From contig JAEOSU010000051.1 of NCBI GenBank assembly GCA_016840165.1, positions 128,001-192,000 on the forward strand: DNA of 64,000 nucleotides, read 5' to 3'. Within the stretch, counting starts at the first letter, position 1; every line of letters begins with the position of its first letter. Source of the stretch: Promethearchaeota archaeon. Its GTDB lineage: Archaea; Asgardarchaeota; Lokiarchaeia; Sigyniarchaeales; SOKP01. Positions 10,636-19,677 of the stretch are shown one piece after another. The translations under genes were made by a program, and so were the position numbers. The notes beneath the pieces are model-generated. The model searched no databases. It was given only the letters and a program-made list of their open reading frames with translations, and was not told the DNA's origin.

Positions 10636-11340
10636 ATGAAACCAAAAATCATAAAGTCTATTGGATTAGAACATCCATCCGTAAGAAGAGTAATAGAGAT
10701 AGCTGAAGAAATCATGGATAAAAATAAAGTCTTAAATATTGACACTCTATATAATGTTTCTAAAAAAGAATTAAAGATCCCTAGAAATGGGCTTTTATTT
10801 ATAATCCAATTTCTAATAAATAATAAGATTCTGATTGAAGGTTCAAAATTCTCTAAAAAAACAGTATTATCAAATCCAATTAGGTATGCAATATATCGAT
10901 TTATTGATTTAAATCCAGGAGTACACTTTTCTGAATTGAGAAAAAGAAGTATTTCAGGTGAAAATATGAGTTCAGGACAACTTATTTGGCATTTAGGCAT
11001 GTTAATGAAATTTAATTTTATAAGGAAAATTAAAGTCGGAAATTATTCAGTTTTTATTCCGTATGGAATGGATGAAGAAAATGGGAAAATTTTTTTTCTT
11101 ATAAGGGATCGTATTATCTATAAACTATTAACATTATTGATTGAGAGAGAAGTATTAGTAAAGGCTGAAATCTATAAAATTTTAGATGAAAAGAGAGAAA
11201 AGGTATATTATCGAGTTAAAAATTTAATGGATTTAGATATAATTGCTATGAATAAAGATTCGGACAGAGAAATCGTTTTTAGATCTAATAAAAAGAAATC
11301 TATCATAAAAATTTTGAAATCCCCAAAAATATATTTCTGA
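10636..11340 (+). CDS. Multi-winged-helix protein (COG3398/ArsR-like tandem wHTH)
   Basis: VL.N..R..IY.FI..NPGVHFSEL...GQL.WHL..L motif, with wH-like segments before and after. Confidence 0.8.
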   Translation: MKPKIIKSIGLEHPSVRRVIEIAEEIMDKNKVLNIDTLYNVSKKELKIPRNGLLFIIQFLINNKILIEGSKFSKKTVLSNPIRYAIYRFIDLNPGVHFSELRKRSISGENMSSGQLIWHLGMLMKFNFIRKIKVGNYSVFIPYGMDEENGKIFFLIRDRIIYKLLTLLIEREVLVKAEIYKILDEKREKVYYRVKNLMDLDIIAMNKDSDREIVFRSNKKKSIIKILKSPKIYF

Positions 11341-11364
11341 AAAAACAAAAGAAGGTGTAGAGTC

Positions 11365-12669
11365 ATGTTGATGTTAAATTGGAATATTGAAGTAATTATC
11401 GATTTTATTGGTGCTTTTGTCGGGATTATACTTACATTGATTAGCTATTATACACCAAAAGCGAAAAAAATTAAATCACTATTTTTTATTAGGTTAGGTT
11501 TTATCTTCTTTTGGATTTTTATGTTTATGGACGGGTTATCATTTTTATATTTAAATGAAATTATTGGATTGATAAGTGGTTTTTTTGTTGTTTTTGCTAC
11601 AATATTTATAATCATTGGTGTAAATTATACTATAAATGAGAATTTCAATTCTTTCGGACTTCAAATTGTTATCGCATTAGCGGTCTTATTTTTGTATTTA
11701 GGATTTCAACCAGGTGCTATTGAGGTAAAATTTCAATCGGGTTATTTTAGGGTAAGTTGGGGAGGATTATTTGGTATTTTAGGAATGGCGTTTACTGGCA
11801 TCGCAATGCTATATCTATTTTACTGGGGGTTAAGAACATGGCTAAATGCCCCCTTTTTAATAAAAAAAGAAGCATCTATTTTTTTATTTGGTATTTTGAT
11901 AATTTTTCCTTTCAGTTTTATATTTTATATTTTGTATCTTTTTGAGCCGATTTTTCTGCTTATTTGTGATGTAACTGTCGCAATAGGGGCTTTTATTGTT
12001 TCTTTAGTTGTTCTCCGAGAGCCAAAATTATTATACATATTACCATTTACGATTTATAGAATAATTGTAAAAAGTAAAAGAGGAGACCCACTTTATTACC
12101 ATGATTGGTCTGAATCTACTCTGAATGAAACAATTTTTACAGGTTTTTTGAATGCTGTACAACTTATGAGTAAAGAAGTAATAAATATAGGCGGATTATT
12201 AGATATTAATTTAGAAAATGGGATCTTAATTTTAAAAGAATCTAAAAATATAACAGTAGGGCTTGTTGCATCAAAATCGTCGAAACTGTTAAGAGATTCA
12301 GTTATTAAATTTACTGTAGATTTTGAGAGAAAGTTCGAATATCAATTAAAAAAGTCAATTACTGATATGGCTCAATATGAAACTGCATTTGAATTAATCG
12401 AAAAATATTTTTCTAACTTTCCTTATAATATAATCCAGAGTAAAAAACAAGAATTGTACTTAACGGGGAAATATTTAAAGATTCCCTTAGAATTAGAGAA
12501 CAAATTAAGAAAAATCTTCACAGATGAAGAGGAATACCAGACAATTAAAGCAGAGTTGATTCGATCCCCTCTTTCTTTCACTTCTGAATTCATTAGACTT
12601 CATGACGAATTGAACAATGAGATAAAGAAAATTTCCGATGAAGATGTCAAATTGATTGATGAAAAATAA
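11365..12669 (+). CDS. Seven-TM membrane protein fused to a cytoplasmic longin-like domain and helical tail
   Basis: Seven hydrophobic segments in aa 1-218, then IYRIIVKSKRGDPLY...IFTGFLNAVQLMSKEV...FTVDFERKF...YETAFELIEKYF, which matches the Asgard longin pattern. SD-like GAAGGTG upstream. Confidence 0.78.
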   Translation: MLMLNWNIEVIIDFIGAFVGIILTLISYYTPKAKKIKSLFFIRLGFIFFWIFMFMDGLSFLYLNEIIGLISGFFVVFATIFIIIGVNYTINENFNSFGLQIVIALAVLFLYLGFQPGAIEVKFQSGYFRVSWGGLFGILGMAFTGIAMLYLFYWGLRTWLNAPFLIKKEASIFLFGILIIFPFSFIFYILYLFEPIFLLICDVTVAIGAFIVSLVVLREPKLLYILPFTIYRIIVKSKRGDPLYYHDWSESTLNETIFTGFLNAVQLMSKEVINIGGLLDINLENGILILKESKNITVGLVASKSSKLLRDSVIKFTVDFERKFEYQLKKSITDMAQYETAFELIEKYFSNFPYNIIQSKKQELYLTGKYLKIPLELENKLRKIFTDEEEYQTIKAELIRSPLSFTSEFIRLHDELNNEIKKISDEDVKLIDEK

Positions 12670-12787
12670 GACCTCTTCTATATTTTTTAATAATAATCAA
12701 GAAAAAAAATTTTGTAAAAATTTGGTCCTATTGCCTTTAAATATTAACTAGATAATTTAATTTATAATTTCTATATTTTTAACTTTT

Positions 12788-12821
12788 TAAGGGAGATTAT
12801 GAGGGCGTCATCCTCCCTTTA
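12788..12821. other. GC-rich intergenic hairpin
   Basis: AAGGGAG-ATT-ATGA-GGGCG-TCAT-C-CTCCCTT in a very AT-rich spacer. Confidence 0.4.
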
Positions 12822-12966
12822 TACTAATATTCAAACCTTTACTTGTATAAAATCGGTCTTTATGACTTTATATTATAGTAAAATTATCTTAGTTATAAGC
12901 ATATCTTTGATAATCTAAGATATGAGAAATTCAGCAACAATTCTGAATAATTTAGGTGAAATTATT

Positions 12967-15564
12967 TTGAAAAATTTTACTAAGAAATTTTATGCAATTT
13001 TAGGTATTTTCTTTATTCTATGGTCTTTTTCTATAATCTTTATTCGATTACCAGGAAATCAGCTAAACTATCACACTATAGTTGAATTTCCAAAAACTAG
13101 TCAATCATTAGATATTATAACTCCTGAAAATAAAACCTACCTTGAACCAATGGACGGTTATTTTCCAGGTACATTTGGTTTTGAAAATGATAAACTTAAT
13201 GAATATCAACCAATGTTATTTAGTAATATTTATGAAGGAGATTGTAATGGGAGTGTAATTGAAGAGTTAGATGGCCATAAGAAGGTATTCAATATATCTG
13301 ATGATGAACTTGTTGGTTCAGCTATAATATTGCAAAAATTTAGCGATGCAGGGTTTGAAAATCAAACATATGGAACAATAGAATTTTGGTTTAGAGTACA
13401 ACCAGGAAGAAGCCTTAAAAATACTGAAATTCGATTACATTGGGATCATAACCCCACATCGGCCGCGATTAATATAAGAGTGTATGGTGCCCTCCAACAA
13501 TGGCAATTCTGGAATGGAACATGGACTCAAATTCCAAATATTCACGATCCAAGTAATAATACATGGCATCATATTAGAATACAATTTCGATGCCTTGGGG
13601 CTGGCTCTTATCTTGGATTGAATGAGAATGAATTCCAAGTCGTAATCGATGGAATAAGCAGTGGAGCTCTTAACTTTTTTCAATCTGCAACGGAGATAGC
13701 GATGTTCGAACCTACCCATACTCAAGCTGCTGGATATAAGGACAATTATGCCTATATTGATGCCATTGGATACTCATGGGATCCATATTATAATATTGGA
13801 GATAATTTGAATGAAGGACTATTAATAAATTTTGAAACGGATATAAATTTTGATTGGATAGGATATTCCTTAGATAAAAATACCAATAAAACCATATTAG
13901 GGAATACAACAATATGCTATCCTACGAATGGATTACATTCAATACAAGTATTTGAAAATAACTCAGTAGGAACCATATATTCCTCGGGACTTAGATACTT
14001 TTCAATACAGGAACCAATTATACTTTTAACACCTGAGAATAAAACTTATAGTGCACCCATGAGTGGATATTATCCAGCGACCTATGGATTTGAAGATGAT
14101 GAAGATGGGCAACCACCTAAAGATTGGGTAATCCAAAATAACGCAGGAAAAATTGAAGTTATTTCAGATTTATATAATTCTAAAAAAGTACTAAGATTAT
14201 ATGATAACCATGGGAGCATTCCATCAAGAATTTATAATAGTTTTAGTGCAAAAGATAATGGAACAATTGAATTATGGATACAACAAAATTTACTAGACGA
14301 TGATGGTAATCGAGGGCAAATCTCAGGTTATGGAAATGGCATGATGATTTTTCGGGTGAAAATGGTAGGACCATTAAGTGGGGGTTCAGCTAAATGGCAG
14401 GCAAGAGATAATGAAACAGACGTTGATATTGTCGGAGCACCAACTCCCCAAATACATACGTGGTATCATGTTCAGATTGATTTTGAACACACTCTAGGAG
14501 CATATCAAGGACTTGGTCAAAATGAATACTTTGTATATATAAATGGATTACGCTATGGTCCATATAATTTCACTTCTGATGAACCATTAGATGAAATACA
14601 TCTACACACGTATAGTTATGGAGAAGATTATGATACTTATTACGATGCTGTAGGATACTCATGGGATTCGGATTATAATATTGGTGATAATTTAGAAGAG
14701 GGCTTATTAATTAGCTTTGAAAATAATACCAATTTAGATTGGATAGGTTATTCAATAGATGGGCAGATGAATAAAACAATATCTGGGAACTCAACCATAA
14801 AATTTCCTAATGAAGGTTTACATAAAATACAACTTTTCTGCAATAATACTCTTGGTGAGACCTATCAATCAGCTATTCGTTATTTCTTAATTGATAGCAC
14901 TATGCCAACTTTAAATATTCTGTCTCCTATCGATGATGTATTTTTTGCCGACTCTCCTCCCAATTACCAGATTTCGTATACTGAAGATAATTTAGATTCA
15001 ACATGGTATTATTTAGGTCCAGGAACAAATATTGTGATGTTTATTGGAACTGAGGGAACGATTAATCAAACAGAGTGGGATAAATTAGGAAGTGGATTAG
15101 TTTCGATAAGATTTTATATAAATGATACAGGAGGATTAGAGAGTTATGACGAGGTCTTTATACAAAAAGACGTAACTCCGCCTACTTCAAGCATAGTCTA
15201 TACACCATATATCAATCCAAATTATGTGAGTATTTCTACAACATTTTCATTTTCTTATAATGATGGGACGGGTTCTGGCGTTTCTGTTGTACGGTATAAA
15301 ATTAATGATTCTATTTGGTATGATTATACTGATCCTTTTGACTTATCTGCTTATGCTTACGGTGATTATCTTATCACATATCAAGCAATTGATGAAATGG
15401 GAAATGTTGAATCAGAAAACACACTTTTAGTCATATTAACGGAGATTATTACTGAGCCACAACCAGGCATACCAGGATATAATTTATTACTTGTATTGAG
15501 TTTAATAAGTTTATTGTCAGTCTTACTAATTAGAAAATATACTAAGAATCAATCAAAATTTTAA
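12967..15564 (+). CDS. Secreted surface glycoprotein: two ~300-aa ConA/LamG-like + Ig repeats, further Ig-like domains and a Loki-CTERM anchor
   Basis: N-terminal signal/TM. Repeated TPENKTY..PM.GY.P.T.GFE...GTIE.W...W.H..I.F...DA.GYSWD..YNIGDNL.EGLLI.FE. C-terminal PGIPGYNLLLVLSLISLLSVLLIRK. Many NxS/T sequons. AGGTGA SD precedes TTG 12967; the ORF extends to 12922. Confidence 0.82.
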   Translation: MKNFTKKFYAILGIFFILWSFSIIFIRLPGNQLNYHTIVEFPKTSQSLDIITPENKTYLEPMDGYFPGTFGFENDKLNEYQPMLFSNIYEGDCNGSVIEELDGHKKVFNISDDELVGSAIILQKFSDAGFENQTYGTIEFWFRVQPGRSLKNTEIRLHWDHNPTSAAINIRVYGALQQWQFWNGTWTQIPNIHDPSNNTWHHIRIQFRCLGAGSYLGLNENEFQVVIDGISSGALNFFQSATEIAMFEPTHTQAAGYKDNYAYIDAIGYSWDPYYNIGDNLNEGLLINFETDINFDWIGYSLDKNTNKTILGNTTICYPTNGLHSIQVFENNSVGTIYSSGLRYFSIQEPIILLTPENKTYSAPMSGYYPATYGFEDDEDGQPPKDWVIQNNAGKIEVISDLYNSKKVLRLYDNHGSIPSRIYNSFSAKDNGTIELWIQQNLLDDDGNRGQISGYGNGMMIFRVKMVGPLSGGSAKWQARDNETDVDIVGAPTPQIHTWYHVQIDFEHTLGAYQGLGQNEYFVYINGLRYGPYNFTSDEPLDEIHLHTYSYGEDYDTYYDAVGYSWDSDYNIGDNLEEGLLISFENNTNLDWIGYSIDGQMNKTISGNSTIKFPNEGLHKIQLFCNNTLGETYQSAIRYFLIDSTMPTLNILSPIDDVFFADSPPNYQISYTEDNLDSTWYYLGPGTNIVMFIGTEGTINQTEWDKLGSGLVSIRFYINDTGGLESYDEVFIQKDVTPPTSSIVYTPYINPNYVSISTTFSFSYNDGTGSGVSVVRYKINDSIWYDYTDPFDLSAYAYGDYLITYQAIDEMGNVESENTLLVILTEIITEPQPGIPGYNLLLVLSLISLLSVLLIRKYTKNQSKF
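13108..14895 (+). repeat. Intragenic tandem duplication, two units of about 900 bp
   Basis: Units start near 13108 (LDIITPENKTY) and 14017 (IILLTPENKTY); both contain GYSWD.YNIGDNL.EGLLI and WIGYS.D...NKTI.GN.TI..P..GLH.IQ. Confidence 0.85.
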
Positions 15565-15576
15565 ATTCTTTTTTTT

Positions 15577-16149
15577 TTATTGTTTTACTCTTAGATAATA
15601 ACCTTTATCACGTAAATTTATAGCAATAACGTCTTTAGCTTTGAGTTGCGAAATTTGCGTGCTTTCAACTTTAGAATACGCTAAAGCTAGAATTTCATTC
15701 ATTTCATTCATTATGAGCAAAATATCTTTATTATGGAGAGAAGGGGATACTTTATGAACCATCTCCTTTAATATATTATTCCCATACAACACAGATTTTT
15801 CACCTTTCTTATTAACTTGAATGAAATTTTCTTTCATAAGGTAATGATTTTTATAAAGAAATTCTGCTCCTTCGATGCTTATAAAAAAATTACCTTTATT
15901 AATATATCCGAAGTAAAGTCCAATTTCGTGAATTTTAGCATATAATTCTTTAAATTCTTGAATATAGGATTGGTTAGAGGTAATTAAATAAATTTTATAA
16001 GTATTTTTCAGTGAATCAAAAAGCAAATAAAAGTTATAGTGCCCTTCTTCAAAGATAGAATTTATATTTAAACTAATTTTTGAGAGAGAATTGATTATAA
16101 TTGATTTCTCATAATTATTAACAAGCCTAAACTTTTTTGAAGCACTCAT
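15577..16149 (-). CDS. Nip7-like PUA-domain ribosome biogenesis protein
   Basis: IGLYFG, ISIEGA, GEKSVLYG.NI, LALA and terminal D.GYYLR are typical of Nip7. Confidence 0.82.
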   Translation of the reverse strand: MSASKKFRLVNNYEKSIIINSLSKISLNINSIFEEGHYNFYLLFDSLKNTYKIYLITSNQSYIQEFKELYAKIHEIGLYFGYINKGNFFISIEGAEFLYKNHYLMKENFIQVNKKGEKSVLYGNNILKEMVHKVSPSLHNKDILLIMNEMNEILALAYSKVESTQISQLKAKDVIAINLRDKGYYLRVKQ

Positions 16150-16603
16150 TTTTAACTCTCATATTTGCTTATTAATATATTCTCTTAAAGGATTTAAAAT
16201 GTTGATAGATAATGAATAGTATATACTTATATGTAAAAAATACTTAAATTCAATTAATTTTATCTAAAATATCTTTCTTAAATTTTCTTTTTTAGAAAAC
16301 CATATTCTTATTCAGAGTTATATGGATGAAGAATAAAATTACTACTTTTTTGAAAAAGTTAGAACATGGTTATGAAATAAAAAGAAGAAATATCATTATT
16401 AATGAAGGTAATTCATAACAATTAAATTAAAAAAATATTATTATATTATAAGAGTAAATAAATCAAATTAAATATTAGAATAAATTTATATATTATAGAA
16501 AAAATCTGGTTAAGAAAGGAGTTCTATTATATAGTTAGGAATAATTATATTAAAGATTCTATAATTAATCATTTAAGGTATTAAAAAATAGTGCTAAGTA
16601 AAA

Positions 16604-17320
16604 ATGGGAATTCGTAAAATAGAAGACGAGATTGATTTAAGAGAGGCAATGAAAAAAAAGGCGGCTGAATTAAAGATTAAAGATATTCAAGCTAAGGCAG
16701 CCACAGAAAACTTCACGAAGGAAAAATTAAATGAATTGGCTAAAAGACACGGGATTATTTTAGCTTTAACTCCTGAACTCAAGGAAGAGGTAAAAAATCT
16801 GCAGAAAAAATATAATATACCGTCATCTAAAATCATTACAGAGCAAATTACCGAAAACGATGTGCTTGTTAAATTTTCAAAAATTGATCATGAAAAGCTA
16901 GGTATGCTCGCTTATCAACGAGTTCTGATGCAGAAAGAAGAGATAGGAGTTGGATTACTTCCTTTAACGGAGGTCTTTGATTTAATAAACACAGGAATTT
17001 TAAGAGGAATTGTGGACATAAAAGATTTACACAAGGCACTGAAAATTTTAAAAAAATCACATGTAATTGATGATCTTAAAGAATTAGAATCAGGTATTAT
17101 CATGGTAAGATTCTTTCCAGTAGAATACACCAGTGATCAAGTAAAAGTAATTGGCATTGCTAAGGACAAAGGTTTTATTTCCCTTGAAGATGTATGCGTT
17201 GAACTTAATTGGTCTCAGGATCGCGCTTTAGAGACTCTGAAATCACTTGAAGAAACAGGTGTCGCAAAATTTAGAGAATCCTTACTTAAAGGAAAACAAT
17301 GGTTTTTCCCTTCAATCTAG
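16604..17320 (+). CDS. vps22: ESCRT-II Vps22/Vps36-like (EAP30) protein
   Basis: MGI start, GLL.L.EV, D..KAL..L, P.E...DQ..V, G.IS......L.WS..RA...L..L...G and terminal WFFPS tandem winged helices; ESCRT gene context. Confidence 0.85.
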   Translation: MGIRKIEDEIDLREAMKKKAAELKIKDIQAKAATENFTKEKLNELAKRHGIILALTPELKEEVKNLQKKYNIPSSKIITEQITENDVLVKFSKIDHEKLGMLAYQRVLMQKEEIGVGLLPLTEVFDLINTGILRGIVDIKDLHKALKILKKSHVIDDLKELESGIIMVRFFPVEYTSDQVKVIGIAKDKGFISLEDVCVELNWSQDRALETLKSLEETGVAKFRESLLKGKQWFFPSI

Positions 17321-17322
17321 AA

Positions 17323-18228
17323 TTATTCAACTATTATTTTAAATGAGATTTGCCCATTTTCAGCTTTAATAATTACTCCTTTCTTATCTTTTTCAAGCAT
17401 TTTGAATATTTTAATAATATCCTTTTTAGGCAAATTACTAAATTCCTTATTTGATTCTCTAATTTCGAAGATCAAAATTGGTTCTAAAGGTGAGATTTCT
17501 ACTGCCCACTCATATATTTCTTGAGCCCAATTATCAAGGGACTTCCAATACACTCGCAACTTTTCTTTGCTCTTAGATAACCATTCTGCTTGCTCTCTTT
17601 CAACTAATTCTTCGGCAATTTCCTTTAATGCGTCTGCTCGATCTTCAAATTTAGAAAATGGTTTCTGAGATTCTAATTGTCTTAAATATAAAATATGCAA
17701 TATGGCATATCGGGCATAATCAAATAGAACTTTAGACCACTCCTTTTTCCATGATTCAAAATCTTTCAAATCCTGCTTTTTATTAGGCAGAGTATACATA
17801 AAGATATAGCGTTTTTCTTCTAACCATGGATAATCATTTACTAAGAGTTCATAAGTAGAAACTTCTTTAGATATAACACCTTTTTCACCTACAATCTCTC
17901 GTTCAATTAATTTAAGCTCCTGCTCTACTTCTTCGGCATTTTGCTCATATGCCTTTATGTCTACTTCCCCCAGCTTCGATGTTAAAAAGTCTTCGATCTT
18001 ATCTAATCTTGCTTCAATATCTTGGCTTTTTGCTGCTGAAACAACATCATCTTCCACACTTTCTCCGTGTTCTACTTCAGACTCTTCCTCTTTTTTTCGT
18101 TCTAATTCTTTTTGTTTTTTCAGTTCTTTTAATCTTGCTAATTCTTTTCTTAAATCCTCTAATTCTTTCTCAGGTTTTTCCTTTTCTTCTTTAGTTATTT
18201 CCTTAGGTCTCTCTCTCTGACGTTCCAT
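17323..18228 (-). CDS. vps25: ESCRT-II Vps25-like protein with long charged N-terminal extension
   Basis: YPW...FMYTLP, W..EW..V, AEW, VYWKSLDNWAQEIYEWA, EF..L....I......LE...K pattern; 22 bp downstream of vps4. Confidence 0.85.
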   Translation of the reverse strand: MERQRERPKEITKEEKEKPEKELEDLRKELARLKELKKQKELERKKEEESEVEHGESVEDDVVSAAKSQDIEARLDKIEDFLTSKLGEVDIKAYEQNAEEVEQELKLIEREIVGEKGVISKEVSTYELLVNDYPWLEEKRYIFMYTLPNKKQDLKDFESWKKEWSKVLFDYARYAILHILYLRQLESQKPFSKFEDRADALKEIAEELVEREQAEWLSKSKEKLRVYWKSLDNWAQEIYEWAVEISPLEPILIFEIRESNKEFSNLPKKDIIKIFKMLEKDKKGVIIKAENGQISFKIIVE

Positions 18229-18250
18229 GATATTTCATCAATTAATTATA

Positions 18251-19468
18251 TTAATATTCTCCATATTCTTCTGCCCAGTCTTCATACTTATTCAATTCAC
18301 GCCCAGTTGTCATCGGTTTAACCTTTTTAAGTGTTTTTACAAAATCTTTTAATGTTATATCCCTTACTACTACTTCTTTATCTGAATCTTCAAGTAGACC
18401 TCCCATATCCAATTCTCGGATAGGAATCATAATTACTTCTCGACAGACATTCGAGATATCTCTTCCCGAATATCCCTCTGATCTGACTGCTAATTCAATA
18501 TAATCCTCATCAGTCAAATCTGAGTTAATCCCTGCTGTATGTATTTTAAAGATACCCGCTCTCGCTGGCATATCTGGAAGCGGAACATAGACCTTTTTCT
18601 CAAAACGACTAAGCATAGCAGTATCTATATCCCATGGTCGATTAGTGGCCCCTAATACTAATAATGGTCTGTCGTGTGTTGATTTCATTCCTTGAATTTC
18701 ACTGAGAAGTTGAGTTTTAACTCTTCGCTCACCACCACCTTCATGGCCCTCTCCTCTCCTAGTAGCAACTGAATCTATTTCATCCATAAAAATTAAACTA
18801 GGAGCTTTAATACGAGCTACCTTAAATAATGAGCTTATTAGCTTTTCACTTTCCCCTAACCATTTACTTAACATGTCAGCAGACGAAACGCTAAAAAAAG
18901 TAGCTTTGCATTCAGTAGCTGCTGCTTTTGCCAATAAAGTTTTACCACATCCTGGTGGACCAAACAAAAGTATTCCTGACCAAGGCTTTCTTGCACCCGT
19001 AAACAGTTCTGGCTTCATGATAGGTAAAACAATTGCTTCTCGTAATGATTGCTTACAGTCTTCTAAACCTGCAATGTCCATCCATTTTACATTTGGAGAT
19101 TCGGTTAGTATTGTTCCTGAAATAGAGTCAATAAGTTCCTGTTCTTCAGCAGAATAAGCACCTTCCGTATCTGAAGATGCTTCTCCTTTTGCTTCACTCG
19201 AAGCACGCGGGGGTATTGAGCCTCTTCTCCTTGGTCCACTTAAATGAGCTTTAAGTGCCTGTGCTCTACCGACATATTGCTCAATTTGCTCTTGGCAGCG
19301 TCTAATCATAATTGGATTTTTATTATACTTTACAAATTGTATTAAAATTTCGGCAGCTCGTTGGTATTTATTTATTGCTTGTCTATACCTTCCACCCTCG
19401 TCTAATCTTACAGCTGCTTGTGCTTCTTCCACCGCATACTGATAAAGCTTACTATCAACACTTGACAT
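18251..19468 (-). CDS. vps4: Vps4 AAA ATPase with N-terminal MIT domain
   Basis: MIT helix bundle (A..AV.LD..G.Y..A...Y..A), PNVKW.DIAGL, GPPGCGKT, SKWLGESEKL, FMDEIDS, ATNRPW and GYSG.DI motifs. Confidence 0.95.
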   Translation of the reverse strand: MSSVDSKLYQYAVEEAQAAVRLDEGGRYRQAINKYQRAAEILIQFVKYNKNPIMIRRCQEQIEQYVGRAQALKAHLSGPRRRGSIPPRASSEAKGEASSDTEGAYSAEEQELIDSISGTILTESPNVKWMDIAGLEDCKQSLREAIVLPIMKPELFTGARKPWSGILLFGPPGCGKTLLAKAAATECKATFFSVSSADMLSKWLGESEKLISSLFKVARIKAPSLIFMDEIDSVATRRGEGHEGGGERRVKTQLLSEIQGMKSTHDRPLLVLGATNRPWDIDTAMLSRFEKKVYVPLPDMPARAGIFKIHTAGINSDLTDEDYIELAVRSEGYSGRDISNVCREVIMIPIRELDMGGLLEDSDKEVVVRDITLKDFVKTLKKVKPMTTGRELNKYEDWAEEYGEY

Positions 19469-19677
19469 CCTAAATAACCTTTAAAACTAATTATTAATTT
19501 TATACAAATCTTACTATTTATAGGTAATCTAGTTCGGTATTTGTTTAAATATTTAATATATTTACATTTATCAAATTTTCTTTTATCTCATGTGTGGTAA
19601 TAATTGGTCTACAAAAAATTATATAATTGCGAACTTTTATATAATATATAAAAACAATTAAAATTTGATGTTTTAAT

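Noticed and set aside
8878-12669. CyaB as the effector of the 7TM protein (cAMP signalling)
   Set aside because: cyaB is divergent and separated by nop2, and archaeal CYTH proteins are often triphosphatases; proximity alone is not enough.
16150-16603. 454-bp extremely AT-rich intergenic region as a replication origin
   Set aside because: No ORB-like repeats with G-strings and no cdc6/orc1 gene nearby; it is consistent with a divergent promoter region.
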